Source: Alphaproteobacteria bacterium (GTDB lineage Bacteria > Pseudomonadota > Alphaproteobacteria > Rs-D84). From it: a stretch of 51,618 nt of DNA. A model generated the notes under the pieces. The model did no database searches. It had not been told where the DNA came from and saw only the letters and a program-made list of their open reading frames with translations. Of this stretch, positions 7,018-15,488 are shown piece by piece. Position 1 is the first letter of the stretch. Each line of letters begins with the position of its first letter. The DNA lies in the NCBI GenBank assembly GCA_017392345.1, contig JAFOVN010000030.1:1-51618 (forward strand). Reading direction: 5' to 3'. The position numbers and the translations under genes are program-made.

Positions 7018-8343
7018 TTATTCCAATTTCAACAGTCGATATTTCCCACGCACACTTTTTTCTATTTCAATTATCGCATTCATAAAATCACCCATAGTTG
7101 CGTTTTTGTTCGACACAACCGAACTAAATATCTGGGTTGCGGTTGACCCAGAAACAGATTCGCGACGCAAAATATTTGTCGCCATATCCGAAAGTGTTGG
7201 GGATTTTATATCACCAAGGTTTGCGACGCGGGTACTTACATTCCAATAGTATGCAGGATTCATCGAATCGACAATTTTTTCTTTGACCCCAAGACGCGGT
7301 GTTATTGAACCGGTAAAACCAACCGTCACAAACATCGCACTTATTCGACCTTCGGTCATATCAAGTGAACCGCCAATTCGTATTGTTGACAATGACCCCG
7401 ACGGCACGGAAAATCCGCCAAGGGTTAAATTTGTCACAGACAAACTGTCCGCCGTAAACGAAGATAATTTTGCAAAGTCCGCGACACTAAACGGCCCGTT
7501 TACCGTTATACTTTTTGAATCCCCCGAAAACGTTCCGGACACCAGTGCGGTTTGCGTGTTATATGTGGAATCTATGGTTGTTCTGTTTTTGAATATAACA
7601 TCGGTAGATGTCAATTTTCCGATTTCCAAAGATTCCTCTAATGATAAACTATCGGCATTTACAAATCCCGCATTATTTATATCGCGATTGCCAAGGTTCA
7701 AAATAGATGCCATTGTTGCATCAGACGCACTGGCCGACGGGACACGCCATAAATACATTGCGTTATCACGTGTTATCCCCGTTGTTTGAACAATACCCGA
7801 TGCACCACCAACGCCCAAATCAACCGTATCGGCGCGCCATGTCCCAAAACCACCGTATGCGCGTGTGCCTTCGATGAATCCGATTTTATCGTCACCCATT
7901 TTAACAATTTCACGTGTGCGCATGGCGTTTATTTCTGGGTCGTTAAACACAATCACACCTTGCAATGTTGATTGATCCCCAACATCAATTGATTTTAGTA
8001 TGCGTAATTGATATTTGTCCGCCATATCTTTTGCAAAATTTTCATCAAGCCCATACGGGATTAAATCGGTCAATTTTATTTTTATGATATTGCGCCCCGT
8101 GGTTTTTAACATTTCTTCACGATTTTGCACAATATAGTGTTCCAAAATTGTCTGAATTTTTTGCATTTGACGCGTGACACGCAAACTTTCCGCGCGCGCA
8201 ATTGCACGCGTTTGATAACGGTATATAAACGGAATCAATGTCCCCGCAAGTGCGATAGTTAACAAAAATTCTATCAACACCGTTCCACGGGATGCATTGG
8301 ATACAGAAAAAATCAAATTTCTTTTTTTCATTGCATTTTCCAA
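7018..8343 (-). CDS. Large pilin-like protein, paralogue 3 (441 aa): prepilin-type N-terminus plus a beta-rich domain
   Basis: N-terminus ..SNASRG/TVLIEFLLTIALAGTLIPF, with Gly at -1, Glu at +5 and Pro-Phe at +18/+19. The mature part is Ser/Thr/Gly/Asn-rich and carries the motif LNLGNRDINNAGF. It overlaps the end of paralogue 2. Confidence 0.7.
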   Translation of the reverse strand: MENAMKKRNLIFSVSNASRGTVLIEFLLTIALAGTLIPFIYRYQTRAIARAESLRVTRQMQKIQTILEHYIVQNREEMLKTTGRNIIKIKLTDLIPYGLDENFAKDMADKYQLRILKSIDVGDQSTLQGVIVFNDPEINAMRTREIVKMGDDKIGFIEGTRAYGGFGTWRADTVDLGVGGASGIVQTTGITRDNAMYLWRVPSASASDATMASILNLGNRDINNAGFVNADSLSLEESLEIGKLTSTDVIFKNRTTIDSTYNTQTALVSGTFSGDSKSITVNGPFSVADFAKLSSFTADSLSVTNLTLGGFSVPSGSLSTIRIGGSLDMTEGRISAMFVTVGFTGSITPRLGVKEKIVDSMNPAYYWNVSTRVANLGDIKSPTLSDMATNILRRESVSGSTATQIFSSVVSNKNATMGDFMNAIIEIEKSVRGKYRLLKLE

Positions 8344-9512
8344 CCACTTTTCATCAACGGTTCAAATTCTTTCCTGTCCGGAATTTTCGGAATCGGCGAC
8401 CGCGCCAATGTCAAAGACGCAAACGATGGCGGTGTTTTTGACGGGAAAGACCAATTGCCTAATTTTATCGGTGCATTTGATGATAACAGCAATTCACCGG
8501 ACACCGTCAATCCAAAATTTCCCGCAAATGTCAATTCGCCCGCCGACAGATATGGTGCATACACCGTACCCGTCGTCATTCCGGCAAAACCACTTATTGT
8601 TTTCAAACTTGTGGATTTAAGGATAAATTCGTTCCCTATATTTATTGAATTATTTACTGTTGCACGGTCGGCGATTATACGCGCATTCAAATCGATTCCA
8701 TTTCCACTCAATTTTTTCGCGGTGATATTTCTAAAACCGCTAAGGTCGCCGGTAACACGAATTGTTCCGATTGTTGTACTGTCGCCGTTCATGTTCGCGC
8801 CCGATGAAAAATAAACATTTTTTGTATTGACTGATTCGGCAACAACAAATGTCGCATTAAGGTTGCGGACACGCAAGAATTTTCCATTTATTCCACCAAC
8901 ATTACGAATGTCGTGATTTCCCATATTCAAATCGCGCTGCATAGTATTTAATTCTGCATCACCCGAAGAACCACGATGTAAAAAACGCGTTGTATCAAAA
9001 TCGGTTTGGTTGCGTGTTATTCTATAAATTAAATTTCCGGGTAAAAATTCGGGTGCGGTGACCGCCCAGGTATCACCATACGCGACACCGTCCGCGCCAA
9101 CAACCGCCGCGTCCGCACCGACATTTGCCGCAATTCGCGCAATGCGTTTTGCCGTTGTATCTAAATTAAACGCAAGGTAAACATCGACCACCGTTCCGCC
9201 ATTGACATTATATTTATCAATAAATCCCGCAGAAAGCGATTCAGAAATCGCCGCACGTTCATCATCGGTCATTTTAATCTGTGCTTCGGCCGGCCAAAGG
9301 TCTTGGTTCAATCGAACAAAGTTCAACATTGTTTCACGCAAACTTATTATATCATTTGCAACCGCCATATCGTGTATTGTATGCGTTGTATCGGCAATCA
9401 TAGAAAATGTGAACGGGGCGGCAACAGCAATAATAACCATGGCAAGCAAGACCTCGACCAGGCCGCCACCGCGTTGTGCTATGACCTCTGATTTTTTTAG
9501 TATCTTAGTCAC
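8328..9512 (-). CDS. Large pilin-like protein, paralogue 2 (394 aa)
   Basis: N-terminus ..IAQRG/GGLVEVLLAMVIIAVAAPF (Glu +5, Pro-Phe +18/+19). Motif LNMGNHDIRNVGG, with a periodic beta-helix-like sequence downstream. It overlaps paralogue 1 by 8 nt. Confidence 0.7.
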   Translation of the reverse strand: MTKILKKSEVIAQRGGGLVEVLLAMVIIAVAAPFTFSMIADTTHTIHDMAVANDIISLRETMLNFVRLNQDLWPAEAQIKMTDDERAAISESLSAGFIDKYNVNGGTVVDVYLAFNLDTTAKRIARIAANVGADAAVVGADGVAYGDTWAVTAPEFLPGNLIYRITRNQTDFDTTRFLHRGSSGDAELNTMQRDLNMGNHDIRNVGGINGKFLRVRNLNATFVVAESVNTKNVYFSSGANMNGDSTTIGTIRVTGDLSGFRNITAKKLSGNGIDLNARIIADRATVNNSINIGNEFILKSTSLKTISGFAGMTTGTVYAPYLSAGELTFAGNFGLTVSGELLLSSNAPIKLGNWSFPSKTPPSFASLTLARSPIPKIPDRKEFEPLMKSGWKMQ

Positions 9513-10875
9513 AACTTGTTCCCCCCCTGATTAAACATTGTTTTACATCTATACGTTTTTCAAGCCGTTGCCAATAAACATACTGACATATTATATATTG
9601 TGCCAAAGATTTTGCGTTATATGAATTTCCCATTCCTGATATAATAGAACTGCAATTCACCACCGCATCATTATCTTCGGTTGGATTGGCCAATATGCCG
9701 AACGCGCCATTATCAATTGTATCAACCAACGCGTCTGGCAAAATCGATGTGCCCGATGGCCGTATATCCAAAAGTGTTGCGCCACCACTGTCGCCCCGCG
9801 TGAGTGCCCCCGATGTTTGTTCACGCAATGTTATATTGCCGGCATAAACACTGTTGGCATCAATTCCACTGGCACTGCTGTATGTAAGTGTTGTCGAATC
9901 AATGAACACATCTTGCCCACGCGTAAGGTTTACAAAAGACCCCACATCCAATCTTTCAACATTAAATGTTATTCGACTTGCAACCAGGTTTCCACCAACC
10001 GACCATTTTGTTGGCCCCGTAAACCCGGTGCGCCCCGCCGACATATCAAAACTTACCACATCGGCATCGGTAACCGTCACATTGCTTGCATCGCCAAATT
10101 TTGCAACGGTGCGCGCGACCATTGAACCAACCTTTAATGTGCCACGTGTCAACGAAAGTGCCGATTCGCCACCCACCGATTGAAAAACCGTTTTGTTTGT
10201 CGTTAGTGATTTTATATTGCTGCGCTCTTTACGGCCGGCCTCGGTCCCGCTTATGGTTAGCGTCACCGATTCGCCACCATCAAATTTTGCACGTCGCGCA
10301 AATATGTTTGCAATGTTGTTTATATTAAAATTATCCATATCTAAATCGGTCAAAAATCCCGAATAAGAAAAATTTCCATCGTTTCGGCGAACAACATCCG
10401 AATACATTTCGCCAAGATGAATTCCAACGTCAATGTTTCCGGTTGTATCTTCGGGATCAAACATCGCATAAAAACCGATTCGTCGCGCAAGTTCCGCGCG
10501 TTGCATGGTGTTTAGATTTCCACCACTGACGCGAATAAAGGCCGAAACTTCTTGGGTATCTTTGTTGATAATCAAACTTATATCTTGGCCAAATGCGGTT
10601 CGTGTTATAAACCCAATCGGCAACCCATATGGTTCCAGCAAATCAGATAAATTGTCGCCCGATATTTTTGTTTGATCATACGATAAATTTGAAACATTTT
10701 CTTGGATATAAATTTTAGCTGCGGTTCGAATTGTGTCGATTTGACGTGTGGCGGAATACATTTGCGCGTTTATATCACGGGTCGCAATCCGGTGCGCCAA
10801 AAACGGCATAAACACGAATACCAATGTCAACGCAAGCAACGCTTGGATTAAAAAACTTCCGCGTTCAGACGACAT
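9505..10875 (-). CDS. Large pilin-like protein, paralogue 1 (about 456 aa), with Gln instead of Glu at +5
   Basis: MSSERG/SFLIQALLALTLVFVFMPF (Pro-Phe +18/+19). I chose the start at 10875 because AGGAGGG lies 3 nt upstream of that ATG; the ORF track starts at 10899. Motif LDMDNFNINNIANI. Confidence 0.7.
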   Translation of the reverse strand: MSSERGSFLIQALLALTLVFVFMPFLAHRIATRDINAQMYSATRQIDTIRTAAKIYIQENVSNLSYDQTKISGDNLSDLLEPYGLPIGFITRTAFGQDISLIINKDTQEVSAFIRVSGGNLNTMQRAELARRIGFYAMFDPEDTTGNIDVGIHLGEMYSDVVRRNDGNFSYSGFLTDLDMDNFNINNIANIFARRAKFDGGESVTLTISGTEAGRKERSNIKSLTTNKTVFQSVGGESALSLTRGTLKVGSMVARTVAKFGDASNVTVTDADVVSFDMSAGRTGFTGPTKWSVGGNLVASRITFNVERLDVGSFVNLTRGQDVFIDSTTLTYSSASGIDANSVYAGNITLREQTSGALTRGDSGGATLLDIRPSGTSILPDALVDTIDNGAFGILANPTEDNDAVVNCSSIISGMGNSYNAKSLAQYIICQYVYWQRLEKRIDVKQCLIRGGTSCD

Positions 10876-10960
10876 AAACCCTCCTGATACGATAAGCATA
10901 GCAACAGAAAAAATTTATTGCAATTGGTTTTAAGATGTTTTAACATTGTCATTGGTTTAA

Positions 10961-10980
10961 TTGTTCGGTTGACCGAACAA
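10961..10980. promoter_or_regulatory. Perfect 9-bp inverted repeat (TTGTTCGGT-TG-ACCGAACAA) in a divergent promoter region
   Basis: Read directly from the sequence. It lies between the pilin-like operon start (10875, minus) and the DUF4167-like gene start (11019, plus). A 2-nt spacer makes an RNA hairpin unlikely, so it looks like an operator. Confidence 0.4.
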
Positions 10981-11018
10981 AGTTTATAAAGAGTTTACTT
11001 CCAAACAAAAGAATTATT

Positions 11019-11396
11019 ATGCAACCAAGAAAAAATCAAACGAATTCACGTGGGCAATCGTCCAACAATTCACGAAATCAATCGCCGGTTATTGCGATGA
11101 TTCAACGGTGTCACAAATGGCGCATGAAACGCAAACAGTATATGGACCAGGCGCGTCTTGCAACCGATGAAATCGAACGCGAACGGTTGTTGCAATCGGC
11201 GGAACATTACGGCCGTATTGTCAACGAAGAACAGGCCAAGATTGATTCTTCGCGTACACCGGGCGACAAAACACCGATTCCGGACGTTCCGGTGGCGGCT
11301 GAAAACGGAACACAATCCGACAATCCTGAAAATCCGGAAAACACCGATACGGACGAAGAACAGGTTTTTCCAACCTTTTTGACAAGTTTGAATTAG
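11019..11396 (+). CDS. DUF4167-like protein (conserved in alphaproteobacteria)
   Basis: Basic Asn/Ser/Gln/Arg-rich N-terminus, then ..YMDQARLATDEIERERLLQSAEHYGRIV.., then an acidic tail. This is the pattern I recall for DUF4167. Confidence 0.55.
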   Translation: MQPRKNQTNSRGQSSNNSRNQSPVIAMIQRCHKWRMKRKQYMDQARLATDEIERERLLQSAEHYGRIVNEEQAKIDSSRTPGDKTPIPDVPVAAENGTQSDNPENPENTDTDEEQVFPTFLTSLN

Positions 11397-11470
11397 TGGT
11401 TAGCGATAACAAAAACCGCCGAAATTCCGGCGGTTCACTAACACTTACACTAATACTAGCCACTAATCTA
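11393..11470. terminator. Symmetric convergent-gene terminator: TTAGTG tract, ACCGCCG-N6-CGGCGGT hairpin, then an inverted CACTAA tract
   Basis: Plus strand: AAT TAG TGGTTAGCGATAACAAAAACCGCCGAAATTCCGGCGGTTCACTAACACTTACACTAATACTAGCCACTAATCTA. The stop codons of both convergent genes (TAG at 11394-11396 and TAG on the minus strand at 11468-11470) are part of the tracts. Confidence 0.7.
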
Positions 11471-12061
11471 TATCAAACACGAAAGGGCGGCACTGGTGTT
11501 CTTTAACAAAAACCAACCGATACGATAATTTGTTAAATAAACCGTTAGCATAAATATCGCAAATATACCAACAACCACAATGACCGCCGCACGCCGACCG
11601 CGCATACAATACAGCGCGATATTATAGAATAAAAACAAAACATACAAATCGCCGATTATGCTTATTACCCACATCGACAAGCAATTAAATGCGACCGCGT
11701 TCAAAACCAATATCACCGGGTATATAAAGAATATCGATGCCAAACCTTTTATCGCGATTTCCCAATCGCGTTCGCCACCCGTCATTTCCGACACCAACAT
11801 CAAAAGCCCGCCACCAACAAACAGCAACGCAACCGCGATTACCGGCACAATAACAATCGCCGTGAAAACCGAATTTATCGTTATCGTTGCGCCGCCAATA
11901 AGTTTTATAGCCAAAACCGCAAGTCCACCGAGCAATCCGTATATAAACGCCTTTAACATAGATTCTTCGATGTCGCCGTCGGCAACAATTTTCGAAAAGA
12001 ATCGACGCGGATTTACAATAACATCTTTTATTCCCCGAAACCAATTTTTGATTTTCTTCAT
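11468..12061 (-). CDS. Yip1-domain-like polytopic membrane protein
   Basis: 197 aa with about five hydrophobic helices after a short cytoplasmic N-terminus. The family call is from the overall pattern only. Confidence 0.45.
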   Translation of the reverse strand: MKKIKNWFRGIKDVIVNPRRFFSKIVADGDIEESMLKAFIYGLLGGLAVLAIKLIGGATITINSVFTAIVIVPVIAVALLFVGGGLLMLVSEMTGGERDWEIAIKGLASIFFIYPVILVLNAVAFNCLSMWVISIIGDLYVLFLFYNIALYCMRGRRAAVIVVVGIFAIFMLTVYLTNYRIGWFLLKNTSAALSCLI

Positions 12062-12081
12062 CGTGCACCCCTTTCCTTTAT

Positions 12082-12109
12082 TTGATTATTTATATTTTTG
12101 CTTTATAAT
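12082..12109 (+). promoter_or_regulatory. Sigma70-type promoter for der (TTGATT, 16-nt spacer, TATAAT)
   Basis: TTGATTATTTATATTTTTGCTTTATAAT read directly, 12 nt upstream of the first ATG of der. Confidence 0.5.
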
Positions 12110-12121
12110 TAGAAAAAATCA

Positions 12122-13465
12122 ATGGAAAAAGACATGAAAAAAATTGCCATCGCCGGACGGCCAAACACCGGCAAGTCAACTTTGTTTAACGCATTGACCG
12201 GAACGCGTGATGCGTTGGTGCATGACCGGCCGGGTGTCACACGCGACACGATTTGTGGGAAAATGCTTGGGCGCGACGATTGTATGCTGTGTGATACGGC
12301 GGGGCTTGAAAACGCGCGGGCGGGAATCGCCGCCGATTCAACGAATATGGCGATTGATGCGATATCGGGCGCGGATGCAATTTTGTTTGTGGTTGACGGG
12401 CGCACCGGGTTATTACCCGAAGATTTGAACTGGGCGCGTGCCGTTCGGCGAAAAACGCGGGCGCCGATATTACTGCTTATCAACAAAACTGAATCAGGGC
12501 GACGGATTGGTGATATTCATGAGTTTTATAAACTTGGGTTTGGGGAACCGGTTTTAATTTCGGCGGAACACAAGCGTGGATTCGATAAAATCTTTGAATT
12601 TATAAATCGTGTGGCACCAGCAGAAAATACCAACGATACACCGGCCGCGGATACGCGCGTTAAAATTGCAATCCTGGGTCAACCGAATGTTGGAAAATCG
12701 ACATTGGTAAATCGGGTGCTCGGCGAAAATCGCCAAATTGTAAAGGACGAACCCGGTGTTACACGCGACACGGTGAAAATTCCGGCGCGATTTTATGGAC
12801 GCGATATTTTATTGATGGATACGGCGGGACTTCGGCGAAAGTCCAATGTCCGCGATGACGTAGAAACTTTGTCGGCGTTAAAATCGCTGGACGCAATTGA
12901 AAAATCTGATGTTGTGATTTTGGTTGTTGACGCAACGCGCGACATTGAAAACCAGGCACTGGGGATTGCAGCGCGCGTTTATGACACGGGAAAAATTTTG
13001 TGTGTGGCGTTAAACAAGTGGGATTTGGTGCCGGTGGACGAACGCGATGAAAAACTGTTGAAACTTAAACACCATTTCACGAATTCTTTTCATCAGATTA
13101 TAAAACCGATGATGCTTGCCATTTCGGCGGAAAAGGGAACGGGTGTGCAAAATATGTTCAAACGAATTTATCAACAGTGGGACATTTCCACCGCGACCGC
13201 ACCAACAAGTTTGATAAATAAAATCATCGGTGAATTGGTTGAATCGCGCCAACCGCCGATGTCGCGCCTTAAACGCCCGATGAAGATAAAATTTGCATCA
13301 CAAACCGGCCGGCACCCGATGCGCATTACGATAAATGTTGGTGGTGCGTCCGATATTCCGGAATCATACACACGATACCTGCGCCGCGGAATTGCGAACG
13401 CATTGCACTGGGAACATTTGCCAATAATTATTGAATATAAAAAGGCAGATAATCCGTTTGATTAG
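12122..13465 (+). CDS. der: Ribosome-associated GTPase Der/EngA (two tandem GTPase domains plus a KH-like C-terminus)
   Basis: Two P-loops (GRPNTGKST and GQPNVGKST), DTAG repeated twice, and NKxD motifs (NKTE, NKWD). Confidence 0.9.
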   Translation: MEKDMKKIAIAGRPNTGKSTLFNALTGTRDALVHDRPGVTRDTICGKMLGRDDCMLCDTAGLENARAGIAADSTNMAIDAISGADAILFVVDGRTGLLPEDLNWARAVRRKTRAPILLLINKTESGRRIGDIHEFYKLGFGEPVLISAEHKRGFDKIFEFINRVAPAENTNDTPAADTRVKIAILGQPNVGKSTLVNRVLGENRQIVKDEPGVTRDTVKIPARFYGRDILLMDTAGLRRKSNVRDDVETLSALKSLDAIEKSDVVILVVDATRDIENQALGIAARVYDTGKILCVALNKWDLVPVDERDEKLLKLKHHFTNSFHQIIKPMMLAISAEKGTGVQNMFKRIYQQWDISTATAPTSLINKIIGELVESRQPPMSRLKRPMKIKFASQTGRHPMRITINVGGASDIPESYTRYLRRGIANALHWEHLPIIIEYKKADNPFD

Positions 13466-14022
13466 TGGGATGTTTTCTGTTTTATAAACGGAAAATGGGT
13501 GAACAGAGTTTGTTTTGCCAACATTGTTGCGTTTAGCGCATCCGTATATTTCCCGTGCAAAGAATGATATTCCACCAATGCCTTAAATCTTTCCTTTGGG
13601 CATTTGGAACAACAATTTTCATATATTGTGCCATCTTCACGATTGTGAATACACTTGATGATATCGTTTTCTTTGATTGGTTTATCACGTTCTTCTTTTA
13701 TAATTTCTGTGGCAATAATGGCCCCAATAATACTGTTTGGTTTTAAGTAAGGTGCAACAGACACCCGGCAAAAACACGACGGAGCACGTACAAGAGGCCC
13801 CTTTTCGTTCAAATATTCCGTAAGTGCCTTTACATTGTTGCCATTATAAACAGATTCCGCATAAATAATAAACGCCTTCACTTGATACATATAACCGTTA
13901 AGGTCCGAAAGACTTATTGGTTTAACCATATCCCTAAGTTGTGTTTCTAAATCAGTTTTCGCAGATTTTTCGGCTTCCTTCGCTTTGCGATAAATTTTAT
14001 AATCTTGAATTATAGTGCCCAT
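13462..14022 (-). CDS. Hypothetical protein (186 aa), AT-rich ORFan
   Basis: Intact ORF with no motif I recognise. It has clustered Cys (CFC, CCSKC). Its stop overlaps the der stop within TTAG. Confidence 0.45.
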   Translation of the reverse strand: MGTIIQDYKIYRKAKEAEKSAKTDLETQLRDMVKPISLSDLNGYMYQVKAFIIYAESVYNGNNVKALTEYLNEKGPLVRAPSCFCRVSVAPYLKPNSIIGAIIATEIIKEERDKPIKENDIIKCIHNREDGTIYENCCSKCPKERFKALVEYHSLHGKYTDALNATMLAKQTLFTHFPFIKQKTSH

Positions 14023-14032
14023 ATGTTTACCT

Positions 14033-14761
14033 TTATTTAATCAATTCCCCGCTTTCGGCGTCGAATTTTTCGTGGGCAACAACAATCGTCTTGTTTTCAT
14101 ATTTTGGTGTGGCGGGCCGTGCAACGGCCATGCGCCAATAGACGGCGCCGTCACGCGTGCGCACCGCATTTAGATAATTATCCGTATCCAAAACATATGC
14201 GACATCGTTCGCAATTATAAATGGGTGTTCAACACCAAACCACGCGCACCATGCGATGTTTCCGGTCGCAACGGAAATCTTGCAAAATGCCCCCCCCAGT
14301 CCGCCCGCATAAACATATTTTCCATGAATTTGAATCGGTGCGATTATATCCAAAACCGATGCGCCACCGGTCATATTGCTTTGCCGATATACGTCCGCAA
14401 TCCATGCGATTTGGCGCGTTTTTGCGTTTACCTTGACCAATTCGCCGGTGGAAAGTCCCGCATAAACAAATTCCCCATCGCACACCGGATTTTTTTCGCC
14501 GCGCACATAATTATTCGTTGGAAAACCGGCAAAGATTTTTTTATCGCCGTTCCAAATTGTATTTTGATTATCCAATTTGTACGGACAATCACCCGGTTCA
14601 TATTCGGCGACATTTTCCGGTGCGCCCGGCACAGGTGTGTTCAGCACGCGCACATCATCGGTTGCAAAAATTCCGACGCGTTCGCCCGGCAAAATCGGGT
14701 CGTGTTTATCACACGCACAAAGCGCGGCCGCACATACGGCAAAAATTGCAACCTTTTTCAT
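14033..14761 (-). CDS. bamB: BamB-like outer-membrane lipoprotein (PQQ-type beta-propeller repeats), unusually short
   Basis: Lipobox AALCAC, then the LPGERVGIF motif typical of alphaproteobacterial BamB N-termini. Repeated G.L..V.A.TG...W-type blades follow (GELVKVNAKTRQIAWIA, ATGNIAWCAW, RTRDGAVYWRM). It has the YfgM-like neighbour seen in the conserved yfgM-bamB-der arrangement. Confidence 0.6.
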   Translation of the reverse strand: MKKVAIFAVCAAALCACDKHDPILPGERVGIFATDDVRVLNTPVPGAPENVAEYEPGDCPYKLDNQNTIWNGDKKIFAGFPTNNYVRGEKNPVCDGEFVYAGLSTGELVKVNAKTRQIAWIADVYRQSNMTGGASVLDIIAPIQIHGKYVYAGGLGGAFCKISVATGNIAWCAWFGVEHPFIIANDVAYVLDTDNYLNAVRTRDGAVYWRMAVARPATPKYENKTIVVAHEKFDAESGELIK

Positions 14762-14775
14762 TTTTATATATTCCC

Positions 14776-15450
14776 TTATTTTAATGTTTCCGCATCCGCG
14801 CGAATAACCGCCGGTGCATCCGGGTCACCCGTTATTTTATCAATCCATTTATTCGCATTTGCATGGTCACCCGCCGCGACATATTTTTGCGCGATTGTTA
14901 GCATTGCGGTGTAATAAAACGGCGAATCCTTGGTTTCCAATGGGTGAAGGTATTCCGCAACAGCGTTCGCATCCATTTCATCGCCACGCAGTGCAATTAT
15001 ATGCAAACGCGCCAAATCACGGAATTCAGCCGTATTGCCATTTGCGACCAAATCTTCCAATTTTTTGATATCTTTGTCCAAAATATACGCCTGAAATAAC
15101 GCAAGGTCCGCCGTCGCACCGTCCGTGTTTTGCGATATTCCAACCAGTGCGTTCACATCCGAATTTTCAAGCGCGGTTTCATAATTTTCCGCCGTTGCCA
15201 TACGCGCCGCGTGATGTGCACGAATACCGATTTGAATACCGGTCACGATAATCATAATCCCAAGTGCCGCCGCAATTAAATACCGGCCATATTTTTTAAG
15301 GAACTGTTGCGTTTTTTCATTATTCACATCTTCCCATACTTCGCGATACAACGCGTCTTCGGCGTGGTCTTGCATAGTTTTTTGTGGGGCTTTGACCTTT
15401 TTATTTCTTTCCAACATATTTGCCATTTGAAAACTCCTGTGGTTTGGCAT
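14776..15450 (-). CDS. YfgM-like membrane-anchored TPR-like protein
   Basis: Single TM helix (YLIAAALGIMIIVTGIQIGI) followed by a helical domain. It sits immediately upstream of bamB, as in the conserved yfgM-bamB pair. Confidence 0.5.
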   Translation of the reverse strand: MPNHRSFQMANMLERNKKVKAPQKTMQDHAEDALYREVWEDVNNEKTQQFLKKYGRYLIAAALGIMIIVTGIQIGIRAHHAARMATAENYETALENSDVNALVGISQNTDGATADLALFQAYILDKDIKKLEDLVANGNTAEFRDLARLHIIALRGDEMDANAVAEYLHPLETKDSPFYYTAMLTIAQKYVAAGDHANANKWIDKITGDPDAPAVIRADAETLK

Positions 15451-15451
15451 C

Positions 15452-15479
15452 TTGATAATTTCTATTTTCTTGCTATACT
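15452..15479 (+). promoter_or_regulatory. Sigma70-type promoter for rpoH (TTGATA, 16-nt spacer, TATACT) that would give a near-leaderless mRNA
   Basis: TTGATAATTTCTATTTTCTTGCTATACT. The rpoH ATG (15489) starts 10 nt after the -10 hexamer, and no SD is present. Confidence 0.45.
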
Positions 15480-15488
15480 ATAAACATA

